From positions 10,106,001 to 10,170,000 of the forward strand of contig OX597824.1 of the NCBI GenBank assembly GCA_951406725.2: a stretch of DNA of 64,000 nucleotides, written 5' to 3'. How positions within the stretch are numbered: position 1 is the first letter of the stretch; each line of letters starts with the position of its first letter. Below are positions 1 through 11,986 of the stretch, one piece after another. The DNA is from Octopus vulgaris (Eukaryota). A program made the position numbers and the translations under genes. The notes under the pieces were generated by a model that worked only from the letters and a program-made list of their open reading frames with translations, did no database searches and was not told where the DNA came from.

Positions 1-887
1 CTTATTCCTTCTCTAAACCCCTATATAGTCCAGTCTCCCACCCCATTTCCAGGCTCCACACTTTCCATTACTTCCAATTCTTCCTTCCTAGAATATCGGC
101 CCTTTGGAACTCTTTCTCTACACTCATCAGTTTGCAACTTATTCAAGACGAATAAGAACCTCACTGAACCTCAAGAACCTCACTGGATCATAGCCCCTGC
201 ACAGGCCATGAGATCACCCTTTTCTTCCACATCTAAAAAGCTACCTTCCTTCTCTCTCTTCCATGTCCTCTATCTTTCTCCTTTCTCTGTTTCTCTTCTT
301 CTTTTCCCCAATCTTCGTCTTCCTTCTCTCTTCCCTTCTCTCTTTTCCATTCTACCATTCTCCCTTAAATCCATTGCATGCATATGTGTGTATGTGCACA
401 CATGTTCTATCAATGTCATCTAATCATCATCATCATCATTATCGTTTAACATCCGCTTTCCATGCTAGCATGGGTTGGACGATTTGACTGAGGGCTGGCA
501 AACCAGACAGCTGCACCAGGCTCCAGTCTGATCTGGCAGAGTTTCTCCAGCTGGATGCCCTTACGAACGCCAACCACTCCGAGAGTGTAGTGGGTGCTTT
601 TATGGGCCACCACTAAGTTGGCGCATCTAATCTTCTAAACTAAGTACCATAGACTTGTATATCTCACCTGTGTAATGAATAAGTACAAAAGCGGTACATT
701 TTGTCTCTGTATGTGGCTACCACACAGTGGTACTTTCTTCTGCAAACAGTAGGCACACTGTAAAATTACCAAATGTTTTGTTAGTTGTTTTACCCCATTT
801 TATTCTGTTTAAGGATAAAGTTTTCAATGCTGTCTCAGTCATATGCTTCCCCAACTTTCCCTTACAACCTTACTTGTTATCTTACAG

Positions 888-984
888 CTAGACACCTTTA
901 CCAGAGTGACTACAGAATATTTGCATCATATACCACCTCACATCAAGCAGAAATTTGTCAGACTTTTACCTTCTGAAAAACCAG
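888..984 (+). CDS. DDX28: DDX28 internal exon (first in window; upstream exons lie outside the window)
   Basis: cttacAG|CTA...CCAG|GTaagt. Encodes LDTFTRVTTEYLHHIPPHIKQKFVRLLPSEKP, resembling the DDX28 inter-domain linker (LHxxxPHVKQxFLRL). Ends in phase 1, matching the next exon. Confidence 0.85.
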
Positions 985-1532
985 GTAAGTAACCCTAATG
1001 AATATTCATCATTAAGGGGAGCTGTTTGATCTTCGTAAGTTTTTCTGTGACATTTGATGCCTTAACTACTCTTTTATGTGTTTCAGTCATTTGACTGTGG
1101 CCATGCTGGAGCACCGCCTTTAGTCAAGGAAATCGACCCCAGGACTTATCCTTTGTAAGCCTAGTACTTATTCTATCTGTCTCTTTTGCCGAACCGCTAA
1201 GTTACGGGTATGTAAACACACCAGCATCCGTTGTCAAGGGATGTTGGTGGAGACAAACACAAACACACAAACGCACACACATATATATATATATGATGGG
1301 CTTCTTTCAGTTTCCATCCACCAAATCCACTCACAAGGCTTTGGTCAGCACAAGGCCATAGTAGAAGACACTTGCCCAAGGTGTCGCATTGTGAGACTGA
1401 ACCAAAGACCACATGGCTGAGAATCAATTTTCTTAACTACACAACTGCCTGCATTTGTATATGAAACTAATTATTATTCTGTTATGAAATGTGAGAAGAT
1501 TAAATAGTAACAAAGAAAGATTTTGCTTTCAG

Positions 1533-1678
1533 GTTTTGTATTGAAGTTTGCCAAAAAGAATAAGATGTCTTCGGTGATGTTATTTTGCAAGGACAATTCT
1601 AGCAGTTATTGGTTATACAAGTTCTTAGAGGAAAATGGTGTATCAGCTGCTCTGTTTAATGGAAACGTCTTTGCTGAG
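1533..1678 (+). CDS. DDX28: DDX28 exon (helicase C-terminal domain, motif IV)
   Basis: tttcAG|GT...GAG|GTtag. Encodes FVLKFAKKNKMSSVMLFCKDNSSSYWLYKFLEENGVSAALFNGNVFAE, with a motif IV-like VMLFC. Confidence 0.85.
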
Positions 1679-2329
1679 GTTAGTGTGATTTCTTGAATAA
1701 TTAAACTCTTTACCTATTTTAATACTTTTCTATGTCTTTTATTTTGTTACTTTACATTCTGTTTGCCATACTAAAATGTAAGGTCGTTTTCACAAATTTG
1801 CCCATCGACTTAGTCATCTCATCAGCCTCTGGTCATTTACTGTCTTGAATATGTGGATTCCATAGTGTATAAGTGATCAAGATCACAACATACCCTCTGA
1901 ACAGGACCTCAGTCTGTGACAACTGGTTAAATCTGTCCAATTGGTTAAATCTGGCTTCTCACCCCTACCCTCCAATGGTGTTCTAAAAATAGGCAATCAC
2001 ATCATTGAAATCTTGAGGCTACAAGTTAATGACAGTTAATTCAAACAATGTGAATAAATAAGCATTACATTCAACAGAGAAGTCTGAATGCTAAAGGGTT
2101 AATCTTTTTAATTACCAACCCACCAGGGATTGCTCCTGGTTCTTTGATTCAAACTTCTTGGAAAGTGAACTAAATTTAAACCTAACATCAACATTTTATG
2201 ACGTATCCAAATCACCAGCTGAAGAATAACAATTGTTATTTCATTAAATTCTTCATTATCCTTCAGGCTCTGTATTTTAACAGAAATATGATAATAAATG
2301 GATTAAACAGTAAAAAACAATATTTTACA

Positions 2330-2749
2330 GGATCTTTTTGGTTTGAACGGCAGTTTTTTTAAATAATTTCCACATAACTAAACATTTTTAAACTTCGTAT
2401 ACTGGTAGAATGTGTTTATAAAACATCTTTTTCTCTTGGCTTTATTGAGAACATTCTATAGTTTGTAAGATATTTGTTGCTTTTTTCCTTCAATTTCTGC
2501 AATTTCAACCAATCAATGACGTCTATTGAGGTAAAAAAACATTCTGTGCCGTATGAATATGTCCCTCATTTAAGAAACAGATTGGGTTTATTTACATTTG
2601 TGAAGAAAAAAAAGATACCCTTCTCCCCACCCCTAACCCTAACCCTAAAACAGATTGAAATGCAATAGATCGATACTAGGGTCATAATTGTGGGTGACAA
2701 TTTCATATGACACCGCTAGTAAAAACTGCCAGTCAAACCGAAAAGATCC
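2330..2749. mobile_element. MITE with ~28-bp TIRs (GGATCTTTTCGGTTTGAACGGCAG), 8-bp TSD and internal (CCCTAA)n; Merlin- or hAT-like
   Basis: TIRs at both ends and TSD ATTTTACA at 2322-2329 and 2750-2757. Two further copies are in the window. Confidence 0.85.
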
Positions 2750-3032
2750 ATTTTACAATATACACTATGCTTATTCTATTCCTTCAAGTGTTGAGGGAAA
2801 GAACAAGGGTGATATCAAATATATTTTTCTGGCGTATATTAACATCAAACTGAAGCATCCAGCAAGCATCTTATAGCATGGCTCTTAATTATGTGATTAT
2901 GTTTCAGTCATTGGACTATGGCCATGCTGGGGCACTGCTTTAAAGTTGATTAAATCAATCCAGTACTATGTTATGTTGAGTTCTTATTCTGTCAGTTTCT
3001 TTTTGCCAAACTGCTAAGTTACAAGGATGTAA

Positions 3033-3034
<2 letters not shown>

Positions 3035-3066
<32 letters not shown>

Positions 3067-3096
3067 TACATACATACATACACACATACATACACA

Positions 3097-3151
<55 letters not shown>
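3035..3151. repeat. (CA)n/(TACA)n microsatellite
   Basis: Seen directly; lies inside a SINE. Confidence 0.95.
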
Positions 3152-3154
<3 letters not shown>

Positions 3155-3531
3155 ACAGGCTTCAGCACAGTTTTTGTCTATCAGTTCACTCACAAAGTAT
3201 TGGTTAACCTGAGGCTATAGAAGACACTTGACCAAAATGCTGCAGGGTAGGAGAAAACCCCAAACCACCCAATTGCCAAGTGGATTCCTTAATCACACAC
3301 CCATGCCTGTAATATGTTAATTCATTGAACAAGGATCAGCTGTGAACCAACTTTTAAGGGATTATGTTTTGTGTGGAACTTACCTTCAGTTTTATTATCC
3401 TGTATATGTTTTGTAAAATGAAGCATGACACATTTTGCCATTTTATAACTACATTGTTTTTTGGAGGTTTTTTTTACGATGGTGATGAATTTATGTTTAT
3501 TAGTTTAATAAAAAAATGTTTTCCTTTACAG

Positions 3532-3624
3532 GAAAGGAAAGATATTTACCAGAAATTTATGAATCAAGACTTCAGTATTCTAGTCTCTACAGACATTGCT
3601 TCCAGAGGTTTGGACACAACACAT
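3532..3624 (+). CDS. DDX28: DDX28 exon (motif V)
   Basis: tttacAG|GAA...CAT|GTaagt. Encodes ERKDIYQKFMNQDFSILVSTDIASRGLDTTH; TDIASRGLD is DEAD-box motif V. Confidence 0.92.
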
Positions 3625-4461
3625 GTAAGTATGCTGGAATTATAATGGAATTAAACAAAGAATCAATTAGGTGAATTGGTAGAGTGATGGACAAAATGCC
3701 TTGTGGTACTTCACTTAATCAGTTATGTTCAAATCCCACTAAGGCCAGTTTTGCCATTCCTCCTTATGGGATAGATGAAACAAAATATTCTATTATACTT
3801 CTCTTTTACTGAGCTTCTTGTAACTTGAAGATATACCATGACACATCCTCACCGCCATCTACTTTCTCTTTCAACTGGGGTAGGTGTGTATCTCTCCTAT
3901 GGCAAGACACCTGTTCCTGTTCTCTATTATACTATAATCTTTCATCACCTGGCATAAAGCCACCTCCCTCAATACAACTCCCCACTCTGTTGCTGGATCT
4001 TGTCTTCTGAGTTACTTGTTGACCTCATTGGTGCCAGAGCCTCATAAAAAACACCCAATACACTCTGTAAAGTGATTGGCATTTAGAAACAGACAGTAAA
4101 ACTCGGTGCTCTCTTTTGGCTTGCCAGTTCCTGTCAAACCATCCAACCCATGCCAGCATGGAAAACAGATGTCAAATGATGAGGATGTGGTTGATATAAT
4201 CAACTGCTGTTTGCTTCCCCAAGATGTGTGGTTCTGTGAAAAGCTTATATACCGTTTGTTTTTTAAAATATTAAGTTGTTGCATATAAATCATTGAAAGT
4301 GGGCAGTCTTAAAGAAACCTATTGAAAATCTATGTTGTTGCACATACTGCAGTAAGGGGTACCCATGTTGGAGAGTAGAAACTCTGAATCAAATGTTATA
4401 GAGAGGAGTAGAGACTCTTAATTCTATCAGACAGCTTCTCTGGTGTCTGTGGCACAATAAA

Positions 4462-4730
4462 TATCAAGTCATCCCATAAGTTCTGTCCAATTTTACCTTT
4501 TTAAAAATTGAATGAAATTTAATAGTATTTTAAAATGTATAATGGAATTAAAAATTACATTTATGCATTTGTGTACATTTAAACTAATTAAACATTATGA
4601 GTACAAAAAAGGAAACTCTGCAGCTGAAGCGACTCAAAACATACACTCAGTTTATGGGAAAGAATGTTTGAATGAAAGAACTTGCAGAAGATGGTTTGCA
4701 AAATTCAGAAGTGGAGATTTCGGTCTTGAA
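4462..4730 (+). mobile_element. Mariner transposon 5' fragment
   Basis: YEYKKGNSAAEATQNIHSVYGKECLNERTCRRWFAKFRSGDFGLE is the N-terminal HTH of Mos1/SETMAR-type transposases. Truncated. Confidence 0.85.
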
Positions 4731-5652
4731 TGTATGTCTGGGTGTGTCTCTCTTACTATATGTATGTCACTGTATGTCAGAATGTATGATTGATTGATTG
4801 ATTGATTCTAGTTTCAGCTCACGAGCTGTGGCCATGCTGGGGCACCGCCATGTGTGATAATTTTTATTTTCATTTGGATTAAAACCCACATCTACACATA
4901 CTTATACATATGAGACAACTGCAAAAAGCAATGAGGTGAAAAGCCATGTATGTCTGTGTGTTCTGTCTTCTTTTTGTATTTGAGTCTCATCACATTTTGT
5001 ATATGAATGTGTCTGTGAGTGTGTATGTGGCTCAGTTTATGTTTCTTATTCTGCAGCCACACCAGCAATCCAATGTCAACCCGTCACCTTCCGCAACATT
5101 TCAACAGTTCGCTTCCCTGTTGCCATCTCCCATTGTAGCCCATTCGCAGAATGTACCCATTTACATACAACATCTCTATTACACCTACATTCATTCAACT
5201 GTCAACCATACAATGGGTTGTGTTACACGCAGCACCGACCACCGCAAAGGAGAGTATATCCACTGACAGCTTTTCAGTGCATTCAAAAATCACTTACTCA
5301 CCAACCCCAATTTTCCATGACAGGTTAGGGCCTGGATTGCTCCAAATGGACGCATGACATGTCGCTTAGTCGAATTAGCCCATCATTTACTCCACAAATG
5401 TTTTGTTGTCAATACTTCACTTTCCTGTACCACCTGTTTCAATATAACTGTAATATACATATACAAACTATGCCATTTTAAACCCGAGCAATGCCAGGTA
5501 TCTCTGCTAATATATATATATGTATATCCAGCTTCACAGACCCCAGTTGAACCGTCCAACCTATGCTAGCATGGAGAACGGACGCTAAATGATGATGATG
5601 ATGATGATGATGATGATATTCATTTATTTATTCTCTGTTTTTTTGTGTCTAG

Positions 5653-5805
5653 GTGCAGACTGTTATGAACTATGATTTCCCTCATTTTGTCTCCGATTAC
5701 ATCCACCGTGTCGGGCGTGTTGGACGTCTTGGTTCAAATGCCACCTCTGAAGTAATTTCTTTAGTGGCACACAAGTATGAAGTGGAAATAGTGTGGTTGC
5801 TTGAA
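5653..5805 (+). CDS. DDX28: DDX28 exon (motif VI)
   Basis: tctAG|GTG...GAA|GTgagt. Encodes VQTVMNYDFPHFVSDYIHRVGRVGRLGS...; YIHRVGRVGR is motif VI of the DDX28 type. Confidence 0.93.
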
Positions 5806-6445
5806 GTGAGTATTTGTAACGAATTGACAATAATATTGCTTATTGAAGCCAGCCTTATTTTTTTTTTTTTTCCAGTTTTTAAGAGATTTGTCTGATGAAG
5901 AAATCTACTGTGATTTAGTGAATTCAGAGTCAGAACTTGCATCAGCACATATTAGTTGCTTACCCTTGACAAAGGCACAGACGTCACTGAGGTTAAGAAG
6001 TTTGCTTTCCAATCACTTGGTTCCAGGTTCAATTCCACCATGTCGCACCTTGAACAAGTGTGTGTTCTACTGTAGACTCAGTCTAACCAAACCCTTGTGA
6101 ATGGATTTGTTAGATGGAAACCAACAGATGCCTGTCATATATGCATATATATACACATGGAGTGTGTGTGTTACTCTCTCCTTGTCTAGGCATTGCATAA
6201 TAGTTGTAAATGAGAATCACTATCATATAAGGAGTGTCATTCACATCTGTCCATGTGGAAACGTTATCTTTCTTGAAAACAGTGCTCCAGCATAGCCACC
6301 ATCCAATGACTGAAACAAGTAAAACATAAGAGATAATTCTTTGCTCTCCATCCATATGTTGCTTTGAGCAATTTAGCTAAAAAGACCAACCCTTTAGCAG
6401 CTCGGTTATTGCAATGCCATATTCTTTTTGCATCTTCAATTTTAT

Positions 6446-6792
6446 AATTACGGAGATGTACTTGCATAGCAAGTGATTTGATCTGAGATCGTGTGCTGGA
6501 ACGAAAACAATTGCAACGTGGAAGGTGTTTATAAGCCATTTAAGAAACACACAAAAGCCGTTCGATTCACTTCAACATTTAAGTTTAATTTGTCAAAATA
6601 TTTTCGTCGCTTTAAGACCGTGACCTGTTCACTGACAAAAATCCATGCTGCATCTCCGGATTTTTGTCAGTGAACAGGTCGCGGTCTTATAGCGACGAAA
6701 ATATTTTGACAAATTAAACTTAAATGTTGAAGTGAATCGAACGGCTTTTGTGTGTTTCTTAAATGGCTTACAAACACCTTCCACGTTGCAAT
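6446..6792. mobile_element. Foldback (probable Penelope-like inverted-terminus) element in the last DDX28 intron
   Basis: 135-bp arms at 6510-6644 and 6658-6792 with about 3 mismatches and a 13-nt loop. Each arm carries a hammerhead motif. Confidence 0.6.
6663..6713 (+). ncRNA. Minimal type I hammerhead ribozyme motif, G3-C8 core variant (inverted copy on - strand at 6589-6639)
   Basis: TTTGTCA-GTGAACA-G-GTCGC-ggtcttata-GCGAC-GAAA-ATAT-TT-TGACAAA. Has a 7-bp stem I, a 5-bp stem II and a palindromic stem III loop. Confidence 0.6.
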
Positions 6793-6873
6793 AATTTTAT
6801 AATTGAAGACAGTAAAAAAACATTTTGGCAGAATTTGACTTTTAATGTTTCTTTTTCCCTTCTATATTTCCAG

Positions 6874-6966
6874 ATGGCGGCTCGGAAAATGACCCAAATC
6901 CACAATGTCAATGCAAATATCAAACGCAAACTTGTAGGGCGGCATGCGCAGACAGAGGGAAAATAA
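6874..6966 (+). CDS. DDX28: DDX28 terminal coding exon
   Basis: ttccAG|ATG, encoding MAARKMTQIHNVNANIKRKL...*. Resembles the DDX28 C-terminal ExAAR segment. A candidate AATAAA at 7827-7832 is followed by a GT-rich tract. Confidence 0.85.
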   Translation: MAARKMTQIHNVNANIKRKLVGRHAQTEGK

Positions 6967-9074
6967 CTAATTTGAAAACTTTTAAGGATTTTGAGAATGT
7001 GTATGTGTGTACAAGTGTGTGTTTGTGTGTATGTGTATATATATATTTGTGTGTGTGAGTGTATGACAATTTCTTATCAAAGACAATGTTTATGGTGATG
7101 AAATATGTGTGCTGTACATTTGCTCACTCCTTCCATCATACCATTGTTGCTTGAACAGGTGCACCATACATCACATGTCAGGTGTTGAACTAATTACAGA
7201 GCAATGTGAAAGGAAGTGTTTTGCTCAAGAACAACAACACACTACCCGGTCCAGGAATTGAAATCACAATCTCACAATCATGTGTGCAACACCCTAACCA
7301 CTGAGCCATGTGCCCTCACATATATACCTTAGGACTCTCATTGACTTGGCATTTGAGGGCTCAGCAAGCCAGCTACATCTTGTTCTCAAAGTGTGATGGT
7401 GTTGGTATCTCATTCTGCTGAACAGCCTGTCTGATGAATATTATTATAGTGGGCATCGTTTGTGCAGAGCCAGTTCCACTCTCATCTTTCAAACTTGTAT
7501 TGGTTTGGTGCAACAAAAGCCCAGTGGTTACCATGAAGCAGGATTTGTGTGGAATTACCTTCTCCTAGAAAAGCAGTTAAAAGCTGAAAAGCCCTGGGTT
7601 TGTTGAATGGCCTGTGAGTGACATTCTTCCAATGACATGTTAATTAACTCATAGCTGGGGCCCTGGCAAGTGCTACTACTCCAAGTTAGAGTAAAACAAT
7701 GACCATTATGGTTCCACATTCCTTGGAACCCTTAAACCAAGGCCTCTATACCAAATGCAGTTTAAAGTCACACCAAGGACTCTGTGTGTGTTTGTGTGTG
7801 TGTCTAGTATACACACATGCACACAAAATAAATTCTTTTTAAAACAAGTTGTTATGTTTTGGCGTTTATTTCTATATTGATTTCTCTTTAATTACTGCTA
7901 ATTAAACTTAATCATCAATATAAACAGTTGAATCTTCAATATCATCATATTACTCACCTTGTGATTGTTTAGACCCAAGTGAGTCCCAATTGAATGGACC
8001 TATGATTAAGCACAGTATATCTATGATTATACTATCCAATATATTTCAATATTAAAGAAATCCAGCATCTTTACTCCATAAAGCCTCCAGGAAAATTAAC
8101 TGACTGTATTACACTTCACAAGCGAATTCAAAGATCCAATTTTTTGTAACACAACTTAAACTTTTCTAAGAACACTGATTCAACTGTACAACATACTAAC
8201 CAGACAGTACATGGAGGAAAAGATGGTAGCCTTTTTTTTTTTTTAAGATAATGATAATTAGTCACAAACATAGGGGCAACAGCACAGATTCGGAGAGAAT
8301 ATGGTCAAATTATCGACACTTGTTAGTATTTTCTTTGCCGTCATGTTTCCAAAGTCAATAAAGTTAACTTTGACAAGATTCGATCTCAGAACATGAAAGA
8401 CAGCAACTAAATATCATAACAAATTTGATCTGGTGTGCTACTGATTTTCCTTTTTTTTTTATATCCCACCCAAGAAAATAAAAATGACACTCGGTCACAT
8501 ATTTAGGGGTGGAAGCACCACCTTGACTGGCTTCTGTGCCGGTGGCACCGTGACCTGCTGATCTTGAGGAGACCTATTGAGTCACATACATCAACATCAA
8601 AATAAAAATCAAATGGAAATTGTAGCTGTGATACCTGTGCCAGTGGCACGTAAAAAGCATCATCCGATGCCAGCGCCGCCTTGACTGGCTTCTGTGCCAG
8701 TGACACGTAAAAGCCGCCAATCGATCGTTGCCGGTGGTACGTAAAAGCACCCACTACTCTCATGGAGCGGTTGGCGTAAGGAAGGGCATCCAGCTGTAGA
8801 AACACTGCCAGATCAGACTGGTACCTGGTGCAGCCTCCTGGCTTCCCAGACCCCGGTCGAACCGTCCAACCTGTGCTATCACGGAAAACGGACGTTAAAC
8901 GATGATGATGTTGATGATATCGACCTTAATATTTGACAACGATTTTATTCAGTACCAGAAGAGTTAAAAGCAAAGATGACCTCAATGGTATTTGAACTTA
9001 GAACGCGAAAAGAAGTAATTAAATACTAAGTTTGCCTGTTGCTCTACCGATTTTGTGATACCGTTTAACTGATG

Positions 9075-9086
9075 AGGTCAAGGTCA
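9075..9086 (+). promoter_or_regulatory. Candidate nuclear-receptor site (AGGTCAAGGTCA, contains the ERR element TCAAGGTCA)
   Basis: Exact motif about 95 nt upstream of the TMEM223 ATG, in non-repetitive sequence. Function is inferred only. Confidence 0.3.
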
Positions 9087-9179
9087 TGTTCTTAGATTAT
9101 TTCCCTTCGTTACGGGAGAATAATCTCCCTTTGTACTTTTGCTCTTCATTGAATCCATAACAACCACAATAATTCGAAG

Positions 9180-9693
9180 ATGCATGTGTTATTGTATCGA
9201 AGTTTGTGTTTAGGACGATGTTCTTCATTCAAACCTGTGTTTAGGTTCAAAGACTCAATATGCAATCAAAGATATATTGGCCAAGTGAATAACCTCATTA
9301 AACCCGGCAACAAACCATCTCTTTCGGCGATACCCTTGAGGTCGCACCTTGCACCTTTACTCTCAACTTTCGTTTTGAATAGACACATCTTTACTTCTGC
9401 TTCTCGTCAGCTTCCGACTGGACTACCGTTCGAAGTAAACGACCGAGTGACTGAAGACACTTTAATATATTCATATAAGAACGATAAATTTTACAAACTT
9501 CTGGCTTTCCTCGGTATTTTACAGTTCTTTTTCTGGGTCCACCTGGCCGGTTTCTCCTACACAACATTGAGAGACGTCAAACCCAAAGAACAGGAAGCAA
9601 ATGAGAATTCTACTAAGCCACCCTGGTGGAAAAGGATTAATTTAGGAGAGAACAAGTATCGAAACGGCATAGCTTTACTTTGTATATCTGTTG
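9180..9693 (+). CDS. TMEM223: TMEM223 exon 1 (mitochondrial inner-membrane protein)
   Basis: Basic, acid-poor N-terminus resembling a mitochondrial presequence, then DTLIYSYKNDKFYKLLAFLGILQFFFW (TM1) and KYRNGIALLCISVG (start of TM2). Donor G|GTtggt in phase 1. Confidence 0.85.
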
Positions 9694-10777
9694 GTTGGTA
9701 TTTTTATTCATATTTTTTGTGTTTGTTAGTTTCTTTCTTTGTGGGGATTATGATGTGGAGCTACCTTCTGGGCGAATCGTGTCTGTAACACGAAATTATA
9801 TCTATTTCTTTACTACCCACAAGGGGCTAAACATAGAGGGGACAAACAAGGACAGACATAGGTATTAAGTCGATTACATCGACCCCAGTGCATAACTGGT
9901 ACTTAATTAATCGACCCCGAAAGGATGAAAGGCAAAGTCGACCTCGGCGGAATTTGAACTCAGATTTGAACGGCAGATGAAATACTTTGCAACTAAATGA
10001 GTATCATCAGGAGCTGGGGTTTAACCTTTCGATGGATTTGGCTCTCCGTATAAGAATCCTGGTTTGTCTGGTATTCGCAGTCGCTTAATAGCCGTAGGAT
10101 CCGGATTACCTCCAGCCAAGTGAGCCGAGACAGACCTGAACTTTTTAAAACTTTGCAAAGAGCCTTTGAAACAAATGTATGGGTAAATGTTCTTATTTGG
10201 CATTCTTTCGATATAACTCGACGATATTATGCCAGCAATTTTTCATTTTAAACTTGAAGAAAAAAAGCCTTGTATATTTGTTCTTACCTGCTTCAGGTGT
10301 TTATGTAAAATCCGCAAATTTCCAAGCAGAAAACAGAATCGAACTGTCATTTGCTTCCACGGAAATACCCGAAGTGAAGTGTTTTGATTTTGTCGAGTTA
10401 TATCGAAGGAATGCCTCGTATTTTTATTTTATCCTTGCCTAGAAGGAGCCTATATGTATTCACTCGACCTGCTAAAAACAGTAACCAAATATCTATGAAC
10501 TCAAACACTACCGCCCTAAAAAAAGGGATGGTGGAGGAGACATTAAATGATGTATTCCTAGATATCCACCAAAAGACAACGTTATCATAGCTGAAAATGT
10601 CTTTGATTATTGGTCTGCTTGAGCAGGGTTGTTCTGAGGGTAAACAACATCTGTACTGAAAATCACAGTTGTCCGAGTGAGTTCGATACTGTCTTATAGG
10701 TGTTGATACGTGAGTTTTGTAATGATACATAACCTCGTAGTGCAATTAGCTATAAATAGGTGTCACGAAGAGAAATG

Positions 10778-11183
10778 GTATCTTTTCGGTTTGAACGGCA
10801 GTTTTTTAAAATAATTTCCACGTAACTAAGCACTTTTAAACTTCGTATACTGGTAGAATGTGTTTATAAAATATCTTTTTCTCTTGGCTTTATTGAGAAA
10901 ATTTTATAGTTTGTAAGATATTTGTTGTTGTTTTTTTCTTCAATTTCTTCAATTTCAACTAATCAATGACGTCTACTGAGGTGAAAACATTCTGTGCTGT
11001 ATGAAAATGTCCCTCGTTTAAGAAACAAATTGGGTTTATTTGCATTTCTGAACAAAAAAAGATACCCCAACCCTAACCCTAAAATAGATTGAAATGCAAT
11101 AGATCGATACTAGGGTCATAATTATGGGTGACAATTTCATATGACACCACTAGAAAAAACTGCTGTTCAAACCGAAAAGATCC
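10778..11183. mobile_element. Same MITE family, copy 2
   Basis: Near-identical to 2330-2749. Flanked by a ~95-bp direct repeat. Confidence 0.85.
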
Positions 11184-11582
11184 CGATACTCTGTGATAGG
11201 TGTTGATATGTGAGTTTTGTAATGATACATAACCTCGTAGTGCAATTAGCCATAAATAATAGGTGTCACGAAGAGAAATGTTGTAGGCAACCGAGTACAT
11301 TGAATAATTAAGGGATTTTCATTAATTGTTTAGCCACTGGTCAGTTTTGTTTTATCTCAACTTATGATCAGAGACATTTCTGTCTTAACTATTCCGTCAT
11401 TTTTTCCCAGCCACATGTATCTAAGACTACACTGGCTAATGTGTCCATCGTTTCTTTAATATGATTGGATGTGATTTTAGAGAGATTAGTTACTATTCTA
11501 GTGGATCATGTAGAAATCTTGTTTGGTTGTGCTTCATTAGCTTACACGCTGGTTCAAATCTGGGCACAACCCCTCTCTCTGT

Positions 11583-11986
11583 ACTCTTTTACTTGTTTCA
11601 GTCATTTGACTGCGGCCATGCTGGAGCAATGCCTTTAGTCGAGCAAATCGACCCCGGGACTTATTCTTTGTAAGCCCAGTACTTATTCTATTGGTCTCTT
11701 TTGCCGAACCCCTAAGTGACGGAGATGTAAACACACCAGCATCGGTTGTCAAGCAATGCTAGGGGTACAAACACAGACACACAAACATATACACACACAT
11801 ACATATACATATATATATATACGACAGGCTTCTTTCAGTTTCCGTCTACCAAATCCACTCACAAGGCATTGGTCGGCCCGGGGCTATAGCAGAAGACACT
11901 TGCCCAAGATGCCACGCAGTGGGACTGAACCCGGAACCATGTGGTTGGTTAGCAAGCTACTTACCACAAAGCCACTCCTGCGCCTG
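11583..11986 (-). mobile_element. tRNA-derived SINE with CORE-like segment and internal (TA)/(TG) microsatellite (representative copy)
   Basis: Head TGGCT.TGTGGTAAG...GGTTCAGTCCC, then CTTGGGCAAGTG. Other copies at about 1070-1452, 2895-3310, 5975-6330, 23270-23595, 32258-32652, 54380-54605 and 61590-61960. Confidence 0.85.

Noticed and set aside
9069-9100. CTGATGA near the TMEM223 start as a hammerhead core
   Set aside because: No stem II or GAAA follows.
10021-10203. Minus ORF with KPGFLYGEP, faintly like a Penelope RT motif
   Set aside because: Too short and degenerate to support without a profile search.
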